DNA of 64,000 nucleotides from Candidatus Altiarchaeota archaeon (GTDB lineage Archaea; Altiarchaeota; Altiarchaeia; IMC4; SCGC-AAA252-I15), in NCBI GenBank assembly GCA_043804895.1, contig JAZDIN010000025.1, positions 36,764 through 100,763 of the forward strand, in the 5' to 3' direction. The position numbers were made by a program, and so were the translations under genes. Numbering within the stretch: the stretch's first letter is position 1; the number at the start of each line of letters is the position of its first letter. Below, one piece after another: positions 1 to 8,139 of this stretch. The notes under the pieces are model-generated. The model searched no databases, was not told the DNA's origin, and saw only the letters and a list, made by a program, of their open reading frames with translations.

Positions 1-660
1 ACAGTAACCGAGTCTTTTCCATAATAAATATTTTGTTTTGTGTTTCGGATTATTAAAGCCAATCATACTGGCCCACTCTTCTAGTTGCTCTTTACCATTA
101 ATCTGAATTCTAACAACTTTATCTGAATAAATTCGTGGGGCTAACATGATATCAAACCCAGATTGTACTAGCATATTGATAAATTGATTACGCATAGGAG
201 ACGGTAGCATCTTGATTTCAAGCCTTGGGTAATAATGTCTATCCGTATGTTGCTTATCAAACACTAAACAGCCATCAGTGTCAAAAAGACCACGCATAAA
301 ATCTCGTTCAAGATTTTCAGTCGTTATAAACTCAGGAATACTTGCATTATCCCTTTTTGGGGCAGGTTTTAACCCTAAACTAATCAGCGAATAGTAATAT
401 TCTCTACCAAATAGTAGCAACTCCACTACTCTCTCGGTGGTTTTAAACCTAAGTAGTGGCTCTTTTTTGAATACTCGCTCCATCAAAGGAGAAACAAAGT
501 TCATAATATACGGTAAATCTTCATCCGAGTCACATGTTATCTTAACTCTATACTGGGTTTTTATCCCCTTTTCAGAATGACATTTGTACTTACCAAGTGA
601 TCCATCCCCCAACAGTATCCCAATAAACTCTGCTATTTCCTCAGTCCACTCAAAGATCAT
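1..660 (-). CDS. LAGLIDADG-family homing endonuclease (two-motif, single-chain); 3' end lies beyond the window start
   Basis: Manual minus-strand translation from the ATG at 660 reads MIFEWTEEIAEFIGILLGDGSL...RGLFDTDGCLVFDK... open to position 1 (220 aa, no stops). It has two LAGLIDADG-type motifs (LLGDGS and LFDTDGC) about 105 aa apart. An in-frame TGA lies upstream of the ATG. The region is markedly AT-rich compared with the rest of the window. It is absent from the ORF track because the ORF is not closed inside the window. Confidence 0.6.
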   Translation of the reverse strand, partial: MIFEWTEEIAEFIGILLGDGSLGKYKCHSEKGIKTQYRVKITCDSDEDLPYIMNFVSPLMERVFKKEPLLRFKTTERVVELLLFGREYYYSLISLGLKPAPKRDNASIPEFITTENLERDFMRGLFDTDGCLVFDKQHTDRHYYPRLEIKMLPSPMRNQFINMLVQSGFDIMLAPRIYSDKVVRIQINGKEQLEEWASMIGFNNPKHKTKYLLWKRLGYC

Positions 661-787
661 ATAACCTAACCTTGGTGGCTGGTCTAAAACAATTCACCCC
701 TGAGTAAAGGAAAAGTAATCCCTCATCCTGCTGTAGTTAAAACTCTTCTGATTTTTATATCTCACTACCCTATATATTGGCTGCATT

Positions 788-943
788 ATGGCTAAGTTTA
801 AGGAGGCTGAGGTCAGGTTTTTTAAGGGCGTTTGCATGAGTTGCAACGCTAAGAATCCTGTTGATGCCACCAAGTGCCGCAAGTGCGGGAAGGTTAACAG
901 GATTAGGCGCAAGCGTAGGAAGAAGGCTGTCAGCGCAGCTTAA
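788..943 (+). CDS. rpl40e: ribosomal protein L40e
   Basis: Translation [51 protein letters not shown]: a 52-aa basic C4 zinc-ribbon protein typical of L40e. It is followed by an oligo-T stretch. The antisense 694..912 ORF in the track is a shadow. Confidence 0.8.
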   Translation: MAKFKEAEVRFFKGVCMSCNAKNPVDATKCRKCGKVNRIRRKRRKKAVSAA

Positions 944-1031
944 GGTATGTCCTGTACTACTCCTGTTTAATGTACTCTTTTTTAAGGCTCTACTGTCAGG
1001 TCAGATTAGGGTGGTCTAATTGGCTGACAGG

Positions 1032-1385
1032 ATGCTTTACGCGGCCTTGTTCGTCTCAGTATTGGGTTTGTTTTTGATTTCATTCATCTCTCCGTCGATT
1101 AAGCCTCCGCGTTCCAGCGTCTGTGATGTAACATCATCCTCGCTTGAGAAGGTTGTCGTGGTAGGAGGCAACATCACAAGGGTTCATGAGTTCAAGGGCG
1201 GGAGTATGGCCTTGACTTTGTCTGACAGTGGTTGCGACATTGAAGTCTACCTGTCATATGACGTTGCAGCATCACTCAACAGCACCACCCTACTTGGTAG
1301 GCGTGTGGAGTTGTCGGGGGTTGTGCAGATTTATCGGGGTAGGGTGGAGGTTGTGGTTGAGAAGCCTACTTTGGTGTTGAGATGA
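1032..1385 (+). CDS. membrane-anchored OB-fold (tRNA_anti-like) nucleic-acid-binding domain protein
   Basis: N-terminal hydrophobic helix followed by ...VVVVGGNITRVHEFKGGSMALTLSDSGCDIEVYL...GRRVELSGVVQIYRGRVEVVV, a typical OB-fold nucleic-acid-binding segment. Its stop overlaps the start of the next gene (ATGA). Confidence 0.45.
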   Translation: MLYAALFVSVLGLFLISFISPSIKPPRSSVCDVTSSSLEKVVVVGGNITRVHEFKGGSMALTLSDSGCDIEVYLSYDVAASLNSTTLLGRRVELSGVVQIYRGRVEVVVEKPTLVLR

Positions 1386-2161
1386 TACGCGCGTCTGACC
1401 TTAGCAGGTTCACGTACTGTGCTCGCCTCATCTACCTATACTCAGTGCTTGGCTTGGAAGAAGAAAAAACTCCAGAGCGGATTAGGGGCGTCGTAGGCCA
1501 TGCAGTGAGGCGTGAATTGTCTATGAGGCAGGCTCGCCTATTGGGGGGTATTCGCTCAGAGGAGGATGTGTATCATATCCTGTGTATGGAGCTTGATTCA
1601 GCTTTCTCTGACCTGCCGTGCATATTTGCGCAGGAGTGGTCAGCACTGCATTCTATCTTAATACCTGAAGTCAAGGCTGAAGTGCTAGCTGAATTGGATA
1701 CACTCCAGAAGGATTTGGAGGCTATGGTCGAGGACGTCGGCTTCGAGAGGGCATTGAAGATAGTCACCCCCTGGAGGATAGAATACAACCTGAAGTCCGA
1801 CTCTCTGGGCCTTTCAGGCCGCGTTGACAAGATAATGTATAACAGTGGTCTGGTCCCAGTTGACATAAAGACCGGTGTTGCCTCTGAGTTGGGGTGGGAA
1901 AGCGACAGGATACAGTTGTGCGCCTACGGTATGCTCATGGAAGACAAATTCAGCGGAAACATACCCTACGGTCTTTTAGAGTACACGAGAATTGCGAAGA
2001 GGAGGCCGGTCTTGTTCACAGAGGAACTGAGGCGACAGGTGTTTGACGCCCGTGACGGCGTTCAAGAAATCCTGGAGGGGGCGGCCCCAGACGTGTGCCC
2101 GCATGGTCAGCCGAGAAAATGTGAGTCATGCAATCTAAGGGATGAATGCTACAGGAATTAG
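1382..2161 (+). CDS. Cas4-like PD-(D/E)XK (RecB-family) nuclease with a 4-Cys Fe-S cluster (DUF83-like)
   Basis: N-terminal FTYC cysteine, VDIKTG (D-x-K) and QLCAYG (QxxxY) motifs, and a C-terminal [18 protein letters not shown] cysteine cluster. This matches the Cas4/AddB-nuclease signature. No CRISPR array or other cas genes are nearby. Confidence 0.55.
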   Translation: MIRASDLSRFTYCARLIYLYSVLGLEEEKTPERIRGVVGHAVRRELSMRQARLLGGIRSEEDVYHILCMELDSAFSDLPCIFAQEWSALHSILIPEVKAEVLAELDTLQKDLEAMVEDVGFERALKIVTPWRIEYNLKSDSLGLSGRVDKIMYNSGLVPVDIKTGVASELGWESDRIQLCAYGMLMEDKFSGNIPYGLLEYTRIAKRRPVLFTEELRRQVFDARDGVQEILEGAAPDVCPHGQPRKCESCNLRDECYRN

Positions 2162-2379
2162 TCCTTCTTCTTAGCCTTCTGCTTTATCTTCTTCGTGATG
2201 TATCCTGCGACCTTGTTCCTTATGCTCTTGCTCGTTATGTCAGTGTAGTGTCCGACCTTCTTCTTGTTGTCCTGGAACTCTGACTTCGTGAAGGCGTCAG
2301 GATACTCCTTCAATAGCTTCTCCGCGATCCTCTTCAAGTACGTCTGCTTAATCCTACCCATTGTCTTACCATAACGCAT
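2158..2379 (-). CDS. rps17e: ribosomal protein S17e
   Basis: [36 protein letters not shown]... is the conserved S17e N-terminus, 73 aa. Confidence 0.85.
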   Translation of the reverse strand: MRYGKTMGRIKQTYLKRIAEKLLKEYPDAFTKSEFQDNKKKVGHYTDITSKSIRNKVAGYITKKIKQKAKKKD

Positions 2380-2494
2380 TAGGGGTTTAAAAAAGCAAGA
2401 TATCTGTTCCCTTCAGGAACAGCACCTGTCCTGGTATGGTTTGGCAAATATCAGCTTATCAAACCAGCGGCTTCAGCCGCTGGTCGTTGATACC

Positions 2495-3367
2495 TCAGGT
2501 TAGCAGGTCAGTCAGCTTGACCTTCTTTTCAGGCCGCTTAATCCCCGGTTCTCCTTTTATCCCGCCAAGCTCCGCTGCCATTTTAACAGCATCGTCCAAT
2601 CCACCTAACTCATCAACTAACCCCAGCTCCTTAGCCTCACTCCCCAGGTAAATCTTCCCCTGTGATATGTTACTGACGTAAGCCATGCTCAGGTTGCGGT
2701 TCTTTGCGACATCAGAAGTGAAACTGTAATAAACCTTATCCATCATACCCTGCAACTCTCCCTTCTCCTCCTCTGTCATAGGCCTGTAAGGGCTTGCGAT
2801 GTCCTTGCTATCACCTGCCTTCAGCACTGTGACGTTGACGCCAATCTTGTCCATGAGTCCATAGTAGTGGGTGACCGGCATGATAACCCCTATGCTCCCA
2901 GTCATCGAATCCTCGTCAGCCATGACCTTGTCCGCTGCGGAGGCCGCATAGTACGCCCCTGAAGCTCCAATTTCCCCTATCCATGCAACGGTTGGTTTCT
3001 CAGTCTTCTTCACAGCCCTCATAAGCTCCCTTGACGCTACGACGTTTCCACCGCCTGAGTAAACGTCCAACACTATAGCCTTAACGTTGAAGTCACTTTC
3101 AGCCTCCTTAAGCTGGGACTTTATCTCATCAACGTCTGCGCAGCTTTCAGTGAATAGGATGCTAGTTGGGCAGCCGCCTAATGTGATCTCACCGTGGATT
3201 GGGATGATGGCAACATCCCCCCCTCCAATGGTGGGCATGTCGAATCCGCTCATCAGGCCGGCCATGATGAAAGCTATGATAAGCACAAACAGCCCCAACA
3301 CCCCGAAGGTCACAACAACCTTCCAAAAAGTCCGCACCACCAACACCTCTACAACTATAATACGCAA
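2495..3367 (-). CDS. sppA: signal peptide peptidase SppA (S49 serine protease), membrane anchored
   Basis: N-terminal TM helix; VKAIVLDVYSGGG, the catalytic region ...TGSIGV... and general S49 architecture. The track start is a TTG, so the true start is uncertain. Confidence 0.75.
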   Translation of the reverse strand: MRIIVVEVLVVRTFWKVVVTFGVLGLFVLIIAFIMAGLMSGFDMPTIGGGDVAIIPIHGEITLGGCPTSILFTESCADVDEIKSQLKEAESDFNVKAIVLDVYSGGGNVVASRELMRAVKKTEKPTVAWIGEIGASGAYYAASAADKVMADEDSMTGSIGVIMPVTHYYGLMDKIGVNVTVLKAGDSKDIASPYRPMTEEEKGELQGMMDKVYYSFTSDVAKNRNLSMAYVSNISQGKIYLGSEAKELGLVDELGGLDDAVKMAAELGGIKGEPGIKRPEKKVKLTDLLT

Positions 3368-3377
3368 GGCCTATAAA

Positions 3378-3395
3378 GAGCTGACGCGTCAGCTC
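3378..3395. promoter_or_regulatory. perfect 18-nt palindrome GAGCTGACGCGTCAGCTC immediately upstream of the sppA start
   Basis: Read directly from the sequence; it lies about 10-30 nt upstream of the sppA start codon on the minus strand. Confidence 0.3.
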
Positions 3396-3449
3396 GCACC
3401 GAAATGAATTGTGCCTTCTCCAGAAGGCACGAATGCATTATCACGCCCA

Positions 3450-3531
3450 GTGCTGTCGAGCGTTAGCGATGTGACCGAGATTTTTGTCTCGGACACACAC
3501 CCGACGCTTTGCGTCGGTTGTGAGACAGCAC
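3450..3531. ncRNA. candidate small structured RNA / regulatory element, copy 1
   Basis: Closing helix GTGCTGTC (3450-3457) / GACAGCAC (3524-3531). It encloses ATGTGA, hairpin 1 CCGAGAT-tttt-GTCTCGG, ACACACACC, hairpin 2 CCGACGC-ttt-GCGTCGG and TGTGA. A second copy at 59855-59916 has an identical hairpin 1 and ACACACACC but a covarying hairpin 2. Confidence 0.3.
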
Positions 3532-3556
3532 CTTCGCGAGCCTTAGTAAGGCTCTT

Positions 3557-3630
3557 TGCGACTGCCGGGATTTGAACCCAGGTCGCGAGATTGGCAACCT
3601 CGAGTGATAGCCAGACTACACTACAGTCGC
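3557..3630 (-). tRNA. tRNA-Gly (anticodon GCC)
   Basis: Manual cloverleaf fold: acceptor GCGACTG/CAGTCGC, D-arm GTGT-AGTCTGGCTA-TCAC, anticodon stem CGAGG/TCTCG with loop TTGCCAA (anticodon GCC), V-loop CGAC, T-arm CTGGG-TTCAAAT-CCCGG, discriminator A. No encoded CCA. An AT-rich TATA-like box lies upstream (3643-3670). Confidence 0.8.
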
Positions 3631-3661
3631 GTTTTTTGTGGATTTAATATATGCACTGATC

Positions 3662-4966
3662 TTAAATATACTCGTTTTTGAGCAGGTGTTTAACTGCTTC
3701 GTGTAGGTTTTTGAACGTGTAGTCTGGTTTGACATCGTATTTGCCGTCTCTGCAGGCGTGGCCTGTTTTCACGCCAACGGTCTTTATTCCCGCGTTTTTG
3801 CCGAGTTTTATGTCTCTTGTCGAGTCTCCGATTATGTACGATTTTTTCAGGTCTATGTTGAACCTTCTAGCTGCCTCCCTTATCATCCCCGTCTTCGGCT
3901 TACGGCATTCGCAGTCTGTCTTGTATCTTCGATTTTCCCCGTTGTATCCTCTATCCGGGTGGTGGGGGCACCAGTAGATTGCATCTAGTTTTGCGCCTTC
4001 CTTGCCAAGGAGGGTTTCCATCTTCTTATGGACCTCCTCAACATCTTTGAAGGTGCAGAGGCCTCTTGCCACGACCGGCTGGTTTGTTACTACGATAGCA
4101 AGGTGTCCTGATTCGTTTATCCTTCTTATCGCCTCTACCGAGCCTGGGATGAGTTCGAAGTTTATGGCTTCGTTGAGGAGGTGTCTTTCCACGTTTATGA
4201 CTCCGTCTCTATCAAGAAAGAATGCAGGCCTCTTTTTCTCTAGGTTGTATTTTCTTGGCAGTCCCCTTGTGTAGTCCCTCCTCACCTGCCTCAGCCTTTC
4301 AGGGGTCCCCATGTCCTTTATGTATTCCGGCGTGTTGTATCCGAATACTCTTTCCTTTGCCTTAATCATCCTTGGGAACACTTCCCTGTAAAGGTCTGAT
4401 TTTCCCCTTCTTGGTATATGCCTGAGTACTCTCTCAGATAGAACGTGAACTCCGGCGTTGACAAGGTTAGTGTAGAATCTGCCATTCTGCATTGGTTTCC
4501 GGTGGAAGGCCGTTATCCTACACCGTGAATCCATTTCCAGGAGGTCTGAGTCATTTGGGTGGTTGTTCGGGTGTATTGTTAGCGTGGCGTTGGCTTTTTT
4601 TGCCTTGTGGAATTCCACAAGTTTTTTCAGGTTCATGTCCACCATTACGTCGCCGTTGAGGAGGATGAAGTATCCTTTGATTTTTCCTTCAATCAGTCTA
4701 AGGCAGCCTGCAGACCCAAGTGGTTTGTCTTCGATGGAGTATTCGATTCTGGCTTTGAATCCCCTCCCGTCTCCGAAGTGGTCCTCTATCCTCCCGGACA
4801 CGTGGCCTGTGCAGAGTATTATGTCCTTGAACCCGTATCTTGTGAGCAGTCTTATCTGGTGTTCTAGTAGTGGCTTACCACCCACTTCGATCATAGGTTT
4901 CGGGGTTTTTTCAGTCAGTTTCCCGAGTCTTTCACCTCTGCCGCCTGCGAGTATTACTGCCTTCAT
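3662..4966 (-). CDS. bifunctional sugar-1-phosphate nucleotidyltransferase (HddC-like) fused to a D,D-heptose-1,7-bisphosphate phosphatase (GmhB-like HAD)
   Basis: The N-terminal half begins MKAVILAGGRGERLG...KPM..VGGKPLL, an NTP-transferase fold. The C-terminal half carries FFLDRDGVIN (HAD motif I) and ...CECRKPKTGM... (the GmhB histidinol-phosphatase-family signature with a Zn-binding Cys pair). Total 434 aa. Confidence 0.65.
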   Translation of the reverse strand: MKAVILAGGRGERLGKLTEKTPKPMIEVGGKPLLEHQIRLLTRYGFKDIILCTGHVSGRIEDHFGDGRGFKARIEYSIEDKPLGSAGCLRLIEGKIKGYFILLNGDVMVDMNLKKLVEFHKAKKANATLTIHPNNHPNDSDLLEMDSRCRITAFHRKPMQNGRFYTNLVNAGVHVLSERVLRHIPRRGKSDLYREVFPRMIKAKERVFGYNTPEYIKDMGTPERLRQVRRDYTRGLPRKYNLEKKRPAFFLDRDGVINVERHLLNEAINFELIPGSVEAIRRINESGHLAIVVTNQPVVARGLCTFKDVEEVHKKMETLLGKEGAKLDAIYWCPHHPDRGYNGENRRYKTDCECRKPKTGMIREAARRFNIDLKKSYIIGDSTRDIKLGKNAGIKTVGVKTGHACRDGKYDVKPDYTFKNLHEAVKHLLKNEYI

Positions 4967-5002
4967 CTTTGGTAGTGATTTAATATTATAAGATAATATC
5001 TC

Positions 5003-6004
5003 TTGGAGGTTGAGATGATAAGTCTACTTGCTGTTTTGGCGGTCTCGTTTGCGTTCACTTACCTGACTGTCCCCTGGTTCATTCCGCGGCTTTTGAAGGC
5101 TAAGATAGCAGGCAGGGACATGAACAAGCAGGGCAACATTGTTGTTCCTGAGATGGGCGGTTTCGCCATCATAGGCGGCTTTTTGGTCGGGGTGCTGTTC
5201 GCCATCGCCCTCACCACATTCAATGTGGTTGGCGTGGAGATGAACCTCACATACGTCCTGGCTTGTCTGTCAACCGTCCTCCTCATGGCATTGATAGGGG
5301 TCATAGATGACCTCCTACTCTTGGACCAGCGCGTTAAGGCAATCCTACCTGTCTTCGCAGCGTTGCCTTTGGTTGCAGTCAGCGCTGGGGTTCAATCGAT
5401 GGAACTCCCTATTTTCGGCGTGGTCGACTTCGGTATACTCTACCCGCTCATCGTAATACCTATCGCAATCACAGGGGCATCCAATGCGACTAACATGCTC
5501 GCCGGGTTCAACGGGCTTGAGGCCGGGTTGGGGATTGTCATGTGCTCGACCGTCGGGTTGGTGGCCTACAGTCTAGGTCGTGTCGAGGCTGTTGTCATCG
5601 TGTTCGCGATGCTTGGCGCCCTTTTGGCGTTCCTCAGGTACAATTGGTACCCTGCCAGGATCCTCATAGGCGATGTCGGGACTTTGAGCATCGGGGCTGT
5701 CGTCGCCTCGTCCGTGATTGTCGGCAACATAGAGAAGGTCGGCATCATACTGATAGCTCCATTCTTCCTCGAGCTTTACCTTAAGGCAAGAAGCAGGTTT
5801 AAGGCGCAATCATGGTGCGAGCTTAAGGGTGGCAGGCTCCTCTGCCCTAAGTTGAGCGAGGTTTATGGCATTGGTCGGCTTGTAATGTATATCAACGGGG
5901 GGGTATCGGAGAGGAAGCTTGTGCTGAGCATCATAGCGTTCGAGTGTCTCTTCGCATTACTTGCGTTGTATTCGTTTTCTGGGGTTTTATTGGCTACCAT
6001 ATGA
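5003..6004 (+). CDS. UDP-HexNAc:polyprenyl-phosphate HexNAc-1-phosphate transferase (MraY/WecA/AglH family)
   Basis: Polytopic membrane protein with the ASNATNMLAGFNGLEAG and VIDD motifs of the glycosyltransferase-4 (GPT) family. Confidence 0.7.
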   Translation: MEVEMISLLAVLAVSFAFTYLTVPWFIPRLLKAKIAGRDMNKQGNIVVPEMGGFAIIGGFLVGVLFAIALTTFNVVGVEMNLTYVLACLSTVLLMALIGVIDDLLLLDQRVKAILPVFAALPLVAVSAGVQSMELPIFGVVDFGILYPLIVIPIAITGASNATNMLAGFNGLEAGLGIVMCSTVGLVAYSLGRVEAVVIVFAMLGALLAFLRYNWYPARILIGDVGTLSIGAVVASSVIVGNIEKVGIILIAPFFLELYLKARSRFKAQSWCELKGGRLLCPKLSEVYGIGRLVMYINGGVSERKLVLSIIAFECLFALLALYSFSGVLLATI

Positions 6005-7125
6005 TGAAAGTCTGCATGGTTTCAAAGCACTTCCTCCCCTACTCTGGGGGTTTGGAGGTGAGGGTTCTGGAGCTGGCAAGGTGGCTTGTCGGCAAGGGAG
6101 AGAAGGTTCTGGTTTTGACCACTCACGAGCCCAGAACCAAGTCATCAGAAGTTGTTGACGGCGTTGATGTGAGCAGGTCGAAGGTCTGGTTCAGTCTGTT
6201 CAACGGGCCATTCTCCCCAGGAGTGCTTCTTGACCTGTTAGAAAGAGAATATGACATTATTGACGTGAACCTTCCCGACCCTGTGGGTAGCGTCTGGGCT
6301 TACATCGCTTCTGTCATCAGGGGTAAGCCTCTATTCGTAACTTACCATGCCGACATATTGAAGGACGGGATAATCTTCCTACCTCTTAAAATAATATACG
6401 GCCCACTACACTGGATTCTGTTGCGGCGTGCTGTCAGAATCTTCGTAACATCCCCGAACTACGCACAGTCCTCGGCGGTGCTTTCTGGATTCATGGCCAA
6501 GGTCGTGGTCGCTCCAAGCTTCGTGGACCTTAAGAGGTACAATCCCTCGGTTGACAACTCAAAGGTCAGGGAGAAAATGGGTCTTTCAGGCAGGAAAGTT
6601 GTGTTGTTCGTAGGCAGGCTCGTGGAGTACAAGGGTTTAGATTACCTCGTCGAGGCAGCTGGAATGTTGAGCGATGCGGTTTTCGTGATTGTCGGCGACG
6701 GTCCCCTGAGAGGCAGACTGGAAAGGAAGGTATTGGCGTCTGGTGTCAAAAACGTACTCCTCGCAGGCCATGTCGGTGATGGCGAGCTTTCTGGCTACTA
6801 CGGTGCTTGCGACGTCTTCGTCCTGCCTTCTGTCACGCGGCAGGAGGCGTTCGGCCTAGTCCTTGTTGAGGCGATGGCGTGCGGCAAACCCGTCGTCTCA
6901 ACGAACTTCTCAGGGATGCCCTATGTCGTCGACGGCGGCGGCCTCCTGGTGGAACCCAGAGACGCTGTTGCATTAGCTGAGGCATTGGGCAAGATACTTG
7001 CGGACAGTGCCCTGGCATCTGACCTGGCGGAGAAGGGCGTTAAGAGGGTCAGGGATTTCTTTGCAAGGGATGTCGTGTGCTCTAAGATTAGTGAAATATA
7101 TAAGTCTTCTGTTCGTAAGGGATAA
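6001..7125 (+). CDS. GT4-family (GT-B, group 1) glycosyltransferase
   Basis: N-terminus MMKVCMVSKHFLPYSGGLE and a C-terminal EAFGLVLVEAMACGKPVVSTNFSGMPYVV...GLLVEP EX7E-type motif. The ATG at 6001 was chosen over the 5944 extension, which overlaps the upstream gene. Confidence 0.75.
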   Translation: MMKVCMVSKHFLPYSGGLEVRVLELARWLVGKGEKVLVLTTHEPRTKSSEVVDGVDVSRSKVWFSLFNGPFSPGVLLDLLEREYDIIDVNLPDPVGSVWAYIASVIRGKPLFVTYHADILKDGIIFLPLKIIYGPLHWILLRRAVRIFVTSPNYAQSSAVLSGFMAKVVVAPSFVDLKRYNPSVDNSKVREKMGLSGRKVVLFVGRLVEYKGLDYLVEAAGMLSDAVFVIVGDGPLRGRLERKVLASGVKNVLLAGHVGDGELSGYYGACDVFVLPSVTRQEAFGLVLVEAMACGKPVVSTNFSGMPYVVDGGGLLVEPRDAVALAEALGKILADSALASDLAEKGVKRVRDFFARDVVCSKISEIYKSSVRKG

Positions 7126-7128
7126 CCG

Positions 7129-8139
7129 ATGGTCATACACACTCGCGCCCCTGTCAGGATAAGTTTCGGAGGCGGCGGAACCGACGTTTCACCATATACT
7201 GAAGAACATGGTGGATGCGTCGTCAGCGCCGCAATAAACAAGTACGCATCGGGTAGTGTGGAGTTGAGGAAGGACAGGGAAATCCACCTGAAAGACAGCC
7301 ACACCAAAGGTTTGACATTCAAGTCCACTGATGACATAAAATACGGGACTCCACTCGACCTCCTTGCCGCAGTCGTCAAGAACATGCACTCCACTAAGGA
7401 AGGCCTCAACCTTAGGCTGCGTGGCGACGTGCCTCCAAGAAGCGGACTCGGGTCCTCGGCTTCGGCGTTCATAGCGCTGATAGGATTGTTCAATCACATG
7501 CGAAGGGAGTCGAGGATGACGGACTACGAGATAGCGGAGCTAGCGTACAACCTCGAACGCGAGGAACTCCACAACAAAGGCGGACGCCAGGACCAGTACG
7601 CGTCAGTGTTTGGGGGCATCAACTACATCGAGTTCCGCGGCCACGATTTCGTGAGGGTTAATCCAGTCCGGATGAGGAGGGCTCACCATCTTGAGCTTGA
7701 GAAAAACCTTGTACTCGTCCACATCATGGAACGCAGCAAATCAGGTGACATAATCTCAGACCAGATAGACTCCTATGTGAAGGGGAAGAAGGAAGTTGTG
7801 GCGGCTCTCCACAAAGTCAAAGCCCTAGCGGAGGAAACCCACCACTCCCTCAGAAAAGGAGACCTCAACCGCTTCGGCGAGCTCCTGCACGAAGGATGGG
7901 TTGAGAAGAAAAAGTTCAGCCCGATGATGAGCAACGAACACATAGACCGGCTGTACGAGAAGGCCCGCAAGCACGGCGCAATCGGGGGGAAGATAGGCGG
8001 AGCCGGCGGCGGAGGCCACATGATACTCTACTGCGAATCAGGCAGGGAGGAAGAAGTCGCGAAGGTCTTCTCAGACGCTGGCTCGACAGTGAGAAGTTTC
8101 AGCTTTGACATGCACGGGCTTCAGACCTGGGAGGTGTGA
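7129..8139 (+). CDS. hddA: GHMP-family sugar kinase, D-glycero-alpha-D-manno-heptose-7-phosphate kinase (HddA)-like
   Basis: MVIHTRAPVRISFGGGGTDVSPY closely resembles the HddA N-terminus. The GHMP motif PPRSGLGSSASAF and a C-terminal GGKIGGAGGGG are also present. Confidence 0.6.
   Translation: MVIHTRAPVRISFGGGGTDVSPYTEEHGGCVVSAAINKYASGSVELRKDREIHLKDSHTKGLTFKSTDDIKYGTPLDLLAAVVKNMHSTKEGLNLRLRGDVPPRSGLGSSASAFIALIGLFNHMRRESRMTDYEIAELAYNLEREELHNKGGRQDQYASVFGGINYIEFRGHDFVRVNPVRMRRAHHLELEKNLVLVHIMERSKSGDIISDQIDSYVKGKKEVVAALHKVKALAEETHHSLRKGDLNRFGELLHEGWVEKKKFSPMMSNEHIDRLYEKARKHGAIGGKIGGAGGGGHMILYCESGREEEVAKVFSDAGSTVRSFSFDMHGLQTWEV

Noticed and set aside
1-787. Possibility that the LAGLIDADG ORF sits in an rRNA/tRNA intron or is an intein
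   Set aside because: An in-frame TGA lies 12 codons upstream of the ATG at 660, and only about 125 nt separate it from rpl40e, leaving no room for an exon on that side. It was kept as a free-standing endonuclease, although the left boundary is outside the window.
694-912. 72-aa minus-strand ORF from the track
   Set aside because: It is the antisense shadow of the L40e gene (788..943 +), whose translation gives a canonical zinc-ribbon L40e.
1573-1866. Antisense and embedded ORFs of 60-200 aa inside confident genes (for example 1573..1866, 3729..3988, 5542..5809, 6921..7493, 8435..8971, 37259..37927, 50138..50826, 61213..61560)
   Set aside because: They lie wholly within the opposite strand or an alternate frame of genes with strong family signatures. 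They are low-complexity (Arg/Ser/Pro-rich) and typical of six-frame noise at about 50% GC.
3450-3531. Calling the duplicated element a C/D-box or H/ACA sRNA
   Set aside because: No RUGAUGA/CUGA box pairs and no ACA/pseudouridylation-pocket hairpin were found. GATGTGA is only a one-mismatch C-box-like string. It is left as an unclassified structured element.
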